DNA of 25,117 nt, taken from positions 1 to 25,117 of the IMG/VR virus record IMGVR_UViG_3300028833_003470, one strand, 5' to 3'. The position numbers and the translations under genes are program-made. The stretch is from a virus. Shown in pieces: positions 8,779-17,506 of the stretch. The notes beneath the pieces were generated by a model. That model saw only the letters and a list, made by a program, of their open reading frames with translations. It did not search any database and had not been told where the DNA came from. Each line of letters starts with the position of its first letter. Positions within the stretch are counted from its first letter, which is position 1.

Positions 8779-9246
8779 ATGAGTGTCTTAAAAGAAATAC
8801 TGGAAAACCTTGCCGAATATATGGCAAACCATCCTGAATTCAAAGACTACTCCGACCTAGAATTCTACTTCCACGAGGCAGAGATGAATGGGAATACTGA
8901 AGTGCCTTGCATCTGTTTCCAAGTAGGTTACAATGATGATAACAGCGAAAAGAAGACAATTAATCGTGATTGTCGAGAATTCTTCAGAGGAATGAAGATA
9001 GAGTTGCATACACGAACCATCGACCATTCAACCTTGCAAGATGAGTTATGGAACTTCGAGGAAACCTTATTCAAGGTATTCAGTAATATTGCCTTTGAAA
9101 ACATCCATCCAAACTTGCACGATGTCAAATATGTAGGCACAAACCCAATCGCCCACATATACTGGCAACCATTCAAGGATGAAAAAGAAGAGGAATGGTT
9201 TAGCAACTGCATAACAATACTCTACGAACTAGACTACACAATATAG
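8779..9246 (+). CDS. Probable tail terminator / tail completion protein
   Basis: About 155 aa with alternating alpha/beta pattern (PCICFQ...IELHT...ITILYELDY) before the tube gene. ATG 8779 follows GGAGG and is preferred over 8758. Confidence 0.65.
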   Translation: MSVLKEILENLAEYMANHPEFKDYSDLEFYFHEAEMNGNTEVPCICFQVGYNDDNSEKKTINRDCREFFRGMKIELHTRTIDHSTLQDELWNFEETLFKVFSNIAFENIHPNLHDVKYVGTNPIAHIYWQPFKDEKEEEWFSNCITILYELDYTI

Positions 9247-9250
9247 CGAG

Positions 9251-9460
9251 ATGATAATTATGAAAATGGAATACATAGGGACATCCCACAAAAACATCCT
9301 AGAGCTTATCGCCCTAGGAGTAACCAACGAACCCCTGATTAATGGAAAAGTATATGATATTCCATCTAACCAAACTGCTCTTATCGAAACCTTGATAAAG
9401 AGTGAGTTTTTCAAACCAGTAAGCAAGAAACAACAGAAGAAAAAAGATAAAGAGGAATAA
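9251..9460 (+). CDS. Small hypothetical virion-associated protein (69 aa, basic C-terminus)
   Basis: Fills the gap between terminator and tube genes with short spacers; codon style matches its neighbours. Confidence 0.7.
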   Translation: MIIMKMEYIGTSHKNILELIALGVTNEPLINGKVYDIPSNQTALIETLIKSEFFKPVSKKQQKKKDKEE

Positions 9461-9464
9461 TATT

Positions 9465-10613
9465 ATGGTAAAATCATACTCAAAAACTTATCACAGATGG
9501 AATGTAGCCCTCAAACCAGCCGATGCGACTTATCCTGCCAGTATGGGTGGAAAAACTGCTAGAGGAACTGATTTCGAGGGTGAGCCTGATATGGACACAA
9601 CCGATTGGGAGGGTCATACTGGTACAAAAACCATCAAACTTGGATCAGACAGAACCTCTGTAACATCCGAGCCTGAATTCGAGCAAAAATTAGTCTTTGG
9701 TGAATGTGCCGAGGAATACTTCTTTATGTTGCTTGGTAATGTTGACAATAATGGAACATTATCCAATACCCCTACCCCTACTACTCTTGTGCAACCTGCC
9801 GAGGGTACAGTTGGTATCTATGAATGGAACTTCGCACAGAACCTTACCAATCCAACACCTATCCCAAAATCCACCATTGTCAACACTTACAATGTAGCAA
9901 TCAATGGAACACCTATCAATGACAGTATCATTTACGATAACTGTACCATATCAGAGTTGGAATTGAATATTGATGATGATGGAGTAACCATCCACCCTAC
10001 TTGGAGAAGTGATGCACCAATCATCAATCAACCAAACCCAGTAACCAGTTTCGGTGAACACATCAGTAAAATAGGTACTGGTAGTGTTGAATTCTATATG
10101 GCAGACTTCGGAACAAACTTGAATGAGAAAACTAATGAACAGTTAGCACTCTACAAATACGATTGTTTAGTATCTGCATCCAACACTTTCAACACCAACC
10201 TAGATGACTTCACTTGTCTAGGATCAGAGTTTGGAGCAAATGCCTCCGATGAGGGTAACTTCGAGATGGATGGAGAAGCCGAAATCATATGGAACGAGAA
10301 AAGCCAACACCTGATTGATAAATGGTATACTGGCGAAGCCAATGGAACACACATCACCCAAGAATCACAATACCAAGAAGTACTCATAAGACTCAATGGA
10401 AAAACCTTGAATGATGACTACACAGAACTCTTCGAGATGTACTTCCCAAAGGTCGAGCTGATGAAAGCTTGGTCAGACCTTTCAGGTGATGACACCAAAA
10501 CAATCAATATTGAGTACAACTTGGCTTACAATGGAAGTGTATCCCCAGTTAAAGTCAAATTCATTAGCAATACTGATGAGCTGACTTATGGAGTAGCAAC
10601 ACAACCATCATAA
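9465..10613 (+). CDS. Major tail tube protein
   Basis: 382 aa, beta/Thr-rich, located before the chaperones and tape measure; GAGG RBS. Confidence 0.8.
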   Translation: MVKSYSKTYHRWNVALKPADATYPASMGGKTARGTDFEGEPDMDTTDWEGHTGTKTIKLGSDRTSVTSEPEFEQKLVFGECAEEYFFMLLGNVDNNGTLSNTPTPTTLVQPAEGTVGIYEWNFAQNLTNPTPIPKSTIVNTYNVAINGTPINDSIIYDNCTISELELNIDDDGVTIHPTWRSDAPIINQPNPVTSFGEHISKIGTGSVEFYMADFGTNLNEKTNEQLALYKYDCLVSASNTFNTNLDDFTCLGSEFGANASDEGNFEMDGEAEIIWNEKSQHLIDKWYTGEANGTHITQESQYQEVLIRLNGKTLNDDYTELFEMYFPKVELMKAWSDLSGDDTKTINIEYNLAYNGSVSPVKVKFISNTDELTYGVATQPS

Positions 10614-10644
10614 GAGCCTTTGTAATCGCTCAATTTCAACCATT

Positions 10645-10692
10645 ATAACCCTAAATCCTTTTTATTAGGGTTATTCCTTTACTATTTTTCTA
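10645..10692 (+). terminator. Stem-loop plus T-rich tract after the tube gene (terminator or operator)
   Basis: ATAACCCTAA (10645-10654) / TTAGGGTTAT (10665-10674) perfect 10-bp inverted repeat followed by TCCTTTACTATTTTTC. Confidence 0.55.
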
Positions 10693-10758
10693 ACCCTTAT
10701 TAACCTTTCCCCCTATATGTAAAAAACTAATTTTATTAAAAAGTGGAGATGATAAAGT

Positions 10759-11352
10759 ATGAAATTCACAAAAACAACAGTAGAGATTTGTGGAAAAGAC
10801 TTCAAATATGCAAGATGCACCAACAAACAATTATTGGAACATCAAAAGGCTATCGAACATAAAACTAAAAAGTTTGAAGAATTATCCGAGATTGCTAACA
10901 AATACTCAAGAGATGTTGAGGCAATTGATAATGAGATAAAAGCAAATGCGATGTATATGGAAACCATTAATCGTAAACAAGATCCATCCGATAAGGAACT
11001 GGATAGTGTGGCTGAATTAAGCCTTAAGCAAATCGACCTCTTCAATAAAAGAAGAGATATTATTGAAAAATCCGAGGCATTAGACAAGGAACACGAGAAA
11101 GAAATTAAACAATTAACTGATTACATTAATGAGGAATATGGGGAACTTGCCGAGTTACAATTCGAGGGAATGACCAAGGAATATTATATGGAAAACAGTA
11201 CAAGCTTTGACAATGAAATAATCAGATTACTTGCTAGTATCAGACAAATGGCAGAGGCAGGAACATCTTCCAAATCAATTGAAAGATTCGTTCGCAAGAA
11301 TGCCGAGGCTAATGCAAAGAATAGGCTTGATAATTCCTTTCAGAGAGAGTAA
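10759..11352 (+). CDS. Tail assembly chaperone (gpG-like)
   Basis: Helical, charged 197-aa protein right after the tube gene; GGAG RBS at about 10745; overlaps the next ORF in another frame. Confidence 0.75.
   Translation: MKFTKTTVEICGKDFKYARCTNKQLLEHQKAIEHKTKKFEELSEIANKYSRDVEAIDNEIKANAMYMETINRKQDPSDKELDSVAELSLKQIDLFNKRRDIIEKSEALDKEHEKEIKQLTDYINEEYGELAELQFEGMTKEYYMENSTSFDNEIIRLLASIRQMAEAGTSSKSIERFVRKNAEANAKNRLDNSFQRE
11335..11352 (+). other. Candidate programmed ribosomal frameshift site (+1 or -2)
   Basis: TCC TTT CAG AGA GAG TAA at the end of gpG; the downstream ORF is in the +1 (= -2) frame. Confidence 0.6.
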
Positions 11353-11674
11353 GGATATTGAAGAGGAAGAGGATGATGATGGTTTTCTCCATTACCCAAG
11401 TGACACATTAGAAGAGATATTATTAAATAAGTATTTCCTACTAGTTAAGCGAGTAGAGGGGATAGGATTATCCTTGAATGATTTTTGGGAAATGGATACA
11501 AAACAATTCAACCTACTCTACAACAACGAACTGGAAATAATCCAAGCCGAACAAAAAGAAATAGAAAAACACGAACTAGCAAACAGAAGTAAAAGCACTA
11601 AAGGAAAAATGGTAACCACAAAAGGAACAGACAACCCTGAAATGAGCGATGCATACGAAAGCCTAATGAAGTGA
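11342..11674 (+). CDS. Tail chaperone gpT-like extension (likely translated as a gpGT fusion)
   Basis: Open from 11231 but without a convincing RBS/start; the segment after the gpG stop has a gpT-like pattern (LSLNDFWEMDTKQFNLL). Confidence 0.65.
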   Translation, partial: RESKDIEEEEDDDGFLHYPSDTLEEILLNKYFLLVKRVEGIGLSLNDFWEMDTKQFNLLYNNELEIIQAEQKEIEKHELANRSKSTKGKMVTTKGTDNPEMSDAYESLMK

Positions 11675-11679
11675 ACAAT

Positions 11680-12141
11680 ATGAAAGCAAAATTCATACTA
11701 AACCCCATCGAATTCCAAAAAAAACTAGAAACCTACAAAGACAATGTACGAGCAAAAGCAGAATCAGAAATAAGAGCAACAATGTTCGACCCAGTCATAG
11801 AAACAAGTATACCCTATGCACCTGAAAGAGAGGGAGGTTTCATAGAAGAAATGGAAATATTCAATGGAGTAAGGAGATCAGGCAAAGACAGATTTATGAC
11901 AAGAATCATAATCGACCCTGAAAATGAAGAATGGAATGACCTCTACGAGATGCCTGAATATATGGTATTAGATAAGAAATACCCTTACCTTAAAGACCTC
12001 AACACAGAGGGAAGATATGGGCTTCATGCTTACTACAACTCCTTTAGTGGAACAAGTGCTTTCTTCAGGGTAAGTATGCCAAAAGCTATGAAAACTGTTT
12101 ACGAGAATATTGGAAAATTTGTTGTTAGGGGAGGATTATAA
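11680..12141 (+). CDS. HK97 gp10-like / virion morphogenesis (tail completion) protein, tentative
   Basis: N-terminal helical pattern (EFQKKLETYKDNVRAKAE), AP-x-x-x-G motif (YAPEREGG) and C-terminal FF..MP.AM..V..I resemble the gp10 family. GTG 11671 is an alternative start. Confidence 0.5.
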   Translation: MKAKFILNPIEFQKKLETYKDNVRAKAESEIRATMFDPVIETSIPYAPEREGGFIEEMEIFNGVRRSGKDRFMTRIIIDPENEEWNDLYEMPEYMVLDKKYPYLKDLNTEGRYGLHAYYNSFSGTSAFFRVSMPKAMKTVYENIGKFVVRGGL

Positions 12142-12144
12142 AGA

Positions 12145-15100
12145 ATGACAACTAATATTGTTGGTGGAGTAGAAGCGAAACTTATACTTGACACATCAGA
12201 GTTTTCATCTGCTATTGATGGTGCTATTAAAAAGGCTGAAGAGTTAGCAGAGGGTTTGGCAAATATTAAACCAAACAGTAATCTTGAGGGTTCGCTTAAT
12301 GAACTCAAGGGATTGTTGGAAAGTTTAAACAAGCCAATTAAGGAAACTGTTAATTCATTCAAGGAAATGGCTTCCCCTCTCCCAAAAGTGAAAAAAGAAA
12401 CAAGCAGTATTATTGAAGAGTTTAACAAATTCAGTAGTGCAGTTTCGCAGAATACTGCTAGACTGGGTGAAATGACTACTATGATGGCTAATGCCAAACG
12501 AGAAGCCTCTTCAATGAACCAAACTGCTATGGCAAAATCAGGGGCAGGATTATCATTAACATCATTCGAGAGAGAACTTGTTGCATTGAATAACCTTGCA
12601 AAAGGAATCCAAGAATATGGATCTGAATTAACTTCAATCATCTTGAAAAATGAAAACCTTTCAAGGTCAACAGTTAATGTTGAGGAAGCATACCTTAAGT
12701 TAACTACTGGAATGCGAGAAACTACAGCAGAAATGGAATCGCTAACTAATTTAATGGTTGAAAGCATTAGTATGCCCCTAGCAGGACTAGACAAGATGTG
12801 GAGCAACCTCCTCCGAAATGGACTTGGCACAGAATATGGAATGGAAATCGACAAGATGATAGCCAAGAACGAGGAACTTGCAACATCAACCGAGGTAAGC
12901 CTGAAAAGAGTCAACACCCTGATGAAAGAAAGCATCAGTATGCCAGTTTCAGGACTGGACAAGATGTGGAGTAGTTTATTGAAGAGTGGTCTTGGTCAGT
13001 ATGAGATGGAAATCGATAAAGTCATCGCAAAGAACGAGAAACTGGCAAGGTCAACCAAGGAACTGGAAGCCTCTTTCCAAGCATTCAAAGAGGGTAAATT
13101 ATCAATAATGGGATTACAGCGAGAGATTGATAGTTTGAAACTTTCAGAGGATCAAGTAATCACCTTGAATAAAAGGTTGGGTATGTCACTTGTTGAATCC
13201 TTTAAAGAGGGGGAAATAGGCATAACCGAACTGGTTGCGAAGATGAAAGAACTAACCCTTACAGATGAGCAGATATCTGAAATGACCAAGATGATGGGTG
13301 ATGCTTTCAAGATGGCATTTGAGAATGGTAGTCTTGGGGCAGAACAGTACATCAAATCCCTTGAAGAGATTGGAGTAGCGACAGAGGAAATCATTGCACA
13401 GAATAAGGAGTTACAAGCTTCTATGACTAGGACTCCTATTTTGAGCGAGGGTAGTGTGTCTAATAGTAAGAATAAGGGTACTGGTGCAGGTTTCGGTGGT
13501 GTTATTGACAGAACTGTCAACCTTGTTAAGATGATGGCTATGCTTGAAGCCTTTATGGGAGTGTGGGAAGCTACCGAGTCTTATATGGAATCAAGTAGTG
13601 CTATCAGAGGTTTCTATGACTTACTCTCAAAGAGAAATGATGCTACAAGATGGAATAGTAAGAACCTAGCAGAGTACAATCAAAGATTATCCTACTTGCA
13701 AGGCACTTACAGTAAGTTAAATGTCAGGGAAACTGGTGCAGAAGTAATGAAGATAGGGCAGATGTATGGTTTAACTGCCAAGGAAATGTACTCCAATACC
13801 AAGGACTTGAAAAAGGGTCAGAAAGACTTTGTTGAAACTGCTTTGATATTTACTGATGCTATGGCTAATGAGGGCAGAAGTGCAAGAGATGCTAGTTTAG
13901 CCCTTAAGGATTTAATCGACCAAGGTGCAGGATGGTCTAGAAGAACACAAGAAGTAGGTATCACCGAAGATGTTCTCAAAGCCCAAAAGGACAAGAATGG
14001 AAAAGCCTACTGGAGTGGTGATAAACAAGATAAAGAGGGTTTAATCAAAGCACTTGGTAGTGCAGAAACACAACTTCACCTTGATGAAAGAGCAAAACAA
14101 ATCAACACCATAGAGGATGGTGTACAAGCACTCTACAATAGTCTAGGAGCATTACTAGGAGGATTACTAGACCTAGCAAGTCCAAGCCTTATTCAAATGT
14201 TCAAACAATTAAGTGGAATATTCTTTGAACTGAATGGATACATTGTCCAAATTAGTGGTTGGTTCAACAGTTTGAAAGACACAAGCCCTTGGCTGTACAA
14301 TCTAGGTGTTTGGGGTGGTGAATTCGCAATCGCTCTTGGAGTTGGAGCATTAGCAATCCGAAGATTCGGAGGAGGCATAACTGGTCTTGGTGGCAAGATA
14401 GGTGGCTTGTTCAAGAAGATTCCGAGTGGTGGATTGCTTGGCAGACTCTTTGGTAGTGGCAGTAAGGGTACTGGTGGTATTGCAGAGGGTACTGGTGGTG
14501 TTGCTAGTGAAACTGGTGGTGCTACTAGGACTCTTAAATCTACATTGACTAATATTAAGAGTAATCTTCTTCTTGAGGCAGAAGTTTTTGTTAGTTTAGT
14601 TGCAGGTATTACTATGGCACTTGCAACCTTGTGGATTGCTAGTGAGGAATTGGCTCTTGTTGGTCAAAGATATGAGCAGATTAAGACTAATGTTAACAAG
14701 GGTATGAATGCTTTAAGGGATTATGAGAAACTGATTGAAGACATTTATCCGATGTTGATTGGTTTTATGGCGACTGCAGGTATTCTTGGAGCAGTTACAA
14801 TGGCTACTGATGGTATTGGTCTTGTGGCTATTGAGATAGGTTTAGGCATACTTGTTGGTAATATTTTGGCTCTTATTCCTACTATGAAATTGGTGGGTAA
14901 TGCTCTTGCAGACCTTGGTGAGAGTATTGGTGGTCAGAAAGCCAACTTTGACAAGGGGTGCAAGGCACTTAAGGAGATTAGTGAGATGATGGGTGTTCTT
15001 GCTATTGCAGTTGGTGAGATGGCAAAAGCAGATTGGAATGCCTTATCTGATAATATTGCAAGTGCATTGGCTAAAATGACTGGTGGAGATGCCTTAAATG

Positions 15101-16809
15101 ATGTATTGAAACTGGCAGATAAATTCAATGGAAATGACAGTAACAGTTTCATCAGCCAATTCAATGCAAAGACAAAGAATATTGGAAAATTGAACACCGA
15201 GTCTGCGAAGAAATTCTCCGAAGTAGTCAAGAGTGTTGGAGAAATATTCAAAGGGATAAATAACTTGAATAAAGCTCTCAAGGAAGAGCCACAGAATCCA
15301 AGCCAGTTACTGGATCAGAGGGGTAGTCATCTTGGTGAAATCATTAGTGGAATTAATAAGTTTAACTGGAGATTCCAACAACAGATTGGTAAGTTGACTA
15401 CATCAATTGATATTAATAAGGCTAATAATCTGATTCATAGTGCTAATGCTATTAAGAACATCAATACTGCTATTCGCAATCTTGTTAAGGATATGAAAGC
15501 AGATGAGAATATTGTAGATACTGCTAATTTCAGGGCAAGTATCACTAATCTTGGTACTCAAGTGGGTATTGTTAGTGGTTTCTTGGCTAGGATGGGCAAG
15601 TATAATGCTGATGCTTTCAGTTATAATAATTTTCAATCTATTGTGACTAGTATTAATAATATTAAGAATATTAGTGACAGTATGCAAGGTTTGATGGGTA
15701 GTTTCTCATCTGATAGTGTTTTTGGTAGTATTAAGAGAGTGTTGGTTGGTGGTACTAATGATTTGGGTTCTGCTTTGCCGAAGTTGGCTCAACAAGTTAG
15801 TCAGGTTAAGACCTTTGTAGTGCAAGTGAATGCTTATGGAGTAGGTAATTTAAGTGTCAACCTAGCACCGATTAATACTGCTATTAATCAAGTCAGAGCA
15901 ATCAGTAACAGTATGAATAACTTGACTAATACATTGACTACTAGTTTTGATTATACTACATTGGCTTATAACTTGTGGACTATGGGTAATGCTATAGTGC
16001 AAGTTAAGAAGTTTATGGATAGGGTTAATGCATCAGGAGTTGGAAATACTGCAAAGGGTAATGCAGTAGCAGGAATAAATGGATTAGTAACACAATTGAA
16101 GAAGACACTTGATGAGTTTGCTAGTGAGGTTGCTAGTGCTAAACAACAACTGCATACTGATGGTCAGACACTTGGTAATAGTTTCAAACGAGGTTTAAGC
16201 AGTACAAAGGCAGGAACTATCAGTACTGCGAAGAGCATTATGACTAGTGCAGTAGCAACTATTCGTTATTATGCTCAAAGATTCTACCAAACTGGACAAT
16301 ATAATGGTAAGCGATTGGATGCAGGTTTCAAGAGTGGTGTTAGTAAGCTTGGAAGTACATTGAAGAATAAACTGGACAGTATCATCAAGACTATAAGGGG
16401 TTACAGTAGTCAATTCTATAATGCAGGTGACTTGCTTGGTGGTAAATTCAGAGATGGTTTCCTAGCAGGGCTTGGTACTATTGATGTGAATGGTCATATC
16501 AATGAGGGCAGTTATGGTGGTGAGTATCGTAAGGTTCAGGATTTCAACCTCCAATCTGCGATGCTTAAACAAGCGAATAATAAGCAGACACCTAATGTCA
16601 AGCAGACTGTTATTAAATCCGAGAAGACTACTACACAGACCGAGAAGACTGTTGAAAAGGATAAGAGTAAAGAACAAGCACCAGTTATTAATATTAGTTT
16701 TGAGGGTGCGATTATTAATGGATCAAATGAATTCAGGGAGAGTATTCAACAGATTGCAGAGGAAGTTATGCTTAATTACTTATCTCCTAATCCTGCAACT
16801 GGATACTAA
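12145..16809 (+). CDS. Tail tape measure protein (1554 aa)
   Basis: Very long helical Ala/Gly/Ser-rich ORF after the chaperones, with central hydrophobic segments and internal repeats; GGAGG RBS at about 12131. Confidence 0.93.
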   Translation: MTTNIVGGVEAKLILDTSEFSSAIDGAIKKAEELAEGLANIKPNSNLEGSLNELKGLLESLNKPIKETVNSFKEMASPLPKVKKETSSIIEEFNKFSSAVSQNTARLGEMTTMMANAKREASSMNQTAMAKSGAGLSLTSFERELVALNNLAKGIQEYGSELTSIILKNENLSRSTVNVEEAYLKLTTGMRETTAEMESLTNLMVESISMPLAGLDKMWSNLLRNGLGTEYGMEIDKMIAKNEELATSTEVSLKRVNTLMKESISMPVSGLDKMWSSLLKSGLGQYEMEIDKVIAKNEKLARSTKELEASFQAFKEGKLSIMGLQREIDSLKLSEDQVITLNKRLGMSLVESFKEGEIGITELVAKMKELTLTDEQISEMTKMMGDAFKMAFENGSLGAEQYIKSLEEIGVATEEIIAQNKELQASMTRTPILSEGSVSNSKNKGTGAGFGGVIDRTVNLVKMMAMLEAFMGVWEATESYMESSSAIRGFYDLLSKRNDATRWNSKNLAEYNQRLSYLQGTYSKLNVRETGAEVMKIGQMYGLTAKEMYSNTKDLKKGQKDFVETALIFTDAMANEGRSARDASLALKDLIDQGAGWSRRTQEVGITEDVLKAQKDKNGKAYWSGDKQDKEGLIKALGSAETQLHLDERAKQINTIEDGVQALYNSLGALLGGLLDLASPSLIQMFKQLSGIFFELNGYIVQISGWFNSLKDTSPWLYNLGVWGGEFAIALGVGALAIRRFGGGITGLGGKIGGLFKKIPSGGLLGRLFGSGSKGTGGIAEGTGGVASETGGATRTLKSTLTNIKSNLLLEAEVFVSLVAGITMALATLWIASEELALVGQRYEQIKTNVNKGMNALRDYEKLIEDIYPMLIGFMATAGILGAVTMATDGIGLVAIEIGLGILVGNILALIPTMKLVGNALADLGESIGGQKANFDKGCKALKEISEMMGVLAIAVGEMAKADWNALSDNIASALAKMTGGDALNDVLKLADKFNGNDSNSFISQFNAKTKNIGKLNTESAKKFSEVVKSVGEIFKGINNLNKALKEEPQNPSQLLDQRGSHLGEIISGINKFNWRFQQQIGKLTTSIDINKANNLIHSANAIKNINTAIRNLVKDMKADENIVDTANFRASITNLGTQVGIVSGFLARMGKYNADAFSYNNFQSIVTSINNIKNISDSMQGLMGSFSSDSVFGSIKRVLVGGTNDLGSALPKLAQQVSQVKTFVVQVNAYGVGNLSVNLAPINTAINQVRAISNSMNNLTNTLTTSFDYTTLAYNLWTMGNAIVQVKKFMDRVNASGVGNTAKGNAVAGINGLVTQLKKTLDEFASEVASAKQQLHTDGQTLGNSFKRGLSSTKAGTISTAKSIMTSAVATIRYYAQRFYQTGQYNGKRLDAGFKSGVSKLGSTLKNKLDSIIKTIRGYSSQFYNAGDLLGGKFRDGFLAGLGTIDVNGHINEGSYGGEYRKVQDFNLQSAMLKQANNKQTPNVKQTVIKSEKTTTQTEKTVEKDKSKEQAPVINISFEGAIINGSNEFRESIQQIAEEVMLNYLSPNPATGY
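12751..13062 (+). repeat. Tandem 168-nt (56-aa) duplication in the tape measure gene
   Basis: LMVESISMPLAGLDKMWSNLLRNGLG...MEIDKMIAKNEELATST vs LMKESISMPVSGLDKMWSSLLKSGLG...MEIDKVIAKNEKLARST; copies start at 12751 and 12919. Confidence 0.9.
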
Positions 16810-16828
16810 TTTTCCCTTTTAATTTTTT
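16810..16828 (+). terminator. Oligo-T tract after the tape measure gene (archaeal-type terminator candidate)
   Basis: TTTTCCCTTTTTAATTTTTT directly after the stop codon. Confidence 0.35.
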
Positions 16829-16857
16829 AAGATAATAATATAATGAGGTTATTGAGT

Positions 16858-17487
16858 ATGGCAGATTTTTACAATTTTACATTCCAACCGAACTTTCACA
16901 TTTGGAGAGATTTCAATGTTAAGTTTAATTGTCAGCAGATGAATTGGACTGATACTGATAATGATAGTGTGATGGATATTGGTGAGAGAGCAGGTTTCAG
17001 ATTAATCTTGGCATCTAGTCTTTCCAATGTTGATATGGAGATTACTAAAGAGAGTGATATTGGCGATGATAGTATTATTAATTATGATGGGTACTTGAAT
17101 GCTGATGGTGAGCATATGACTAGTCTTGCTTTTGAGGGTCTTCGAGAGGAGGTTACTGATGAGAATAGTGAGGTTGAGTTTAAGTATTATTACAAGCCGA
17201 TTTATTTGGATTTCCACGAGAATGATGGTGGTTTTATTATTACTGTTGCAGGTACATCCAATGAGGGCGAGAATATTATTAGTGACAATACCGACATCAC
17301 CCTTTCTATGCTTGGTGATAGTCCTCAAGACCTAGAAGCCATCTTTATTGGAACTGATGAGTCTAATCCTTATATCATCGCTTATGCAAAGGCTACTAAT
17401 AAGGTTAAAGTTAGGGATGTTTTATCTATTCCATTAGACACACAAATCCTATCTGTGGGTGTTGATGAGTACGATGAATATCAATAA
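16858..17487 (+). CDS. Acidic tail-associated hypothetical protein
   Basis: Beta-rich, strongly acidic ORF between TMP and the giant tail gene. ATG 16858 follows GAGGT and is preferred over 16843. Confidence 0.7.
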   Translation: MADFYNFTFQPNFHIWRDFNVKFNCQQMNWTDTDNDSVMDIGERAGFRLILASSLSNVDMEITKESDIGDDSIINYDGYLNADGEHMTSLAFEGLREEVTDENSEVEFKYYYKPIYLDFHENDGGFIITVAGTSNEGENIISDNTDITLSMLGDSPQDLEAIFIGTDESNPYIIAYAKATNKVKVRDVLSIPLDTQILSVGVDEYDEYQ

Positions 17488-17506
17488 TACTGGGGTTGGA
17501 TAATTT

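Noticed and set aside
12099-12962. 287-aa minus-strand ORF and the many other antisense ORFs
   Set aside because: Shadows of + strand genes (Ser/Leu/Ile-rich, no RBS, no motifs); the biased third positions suppress antisense stops.
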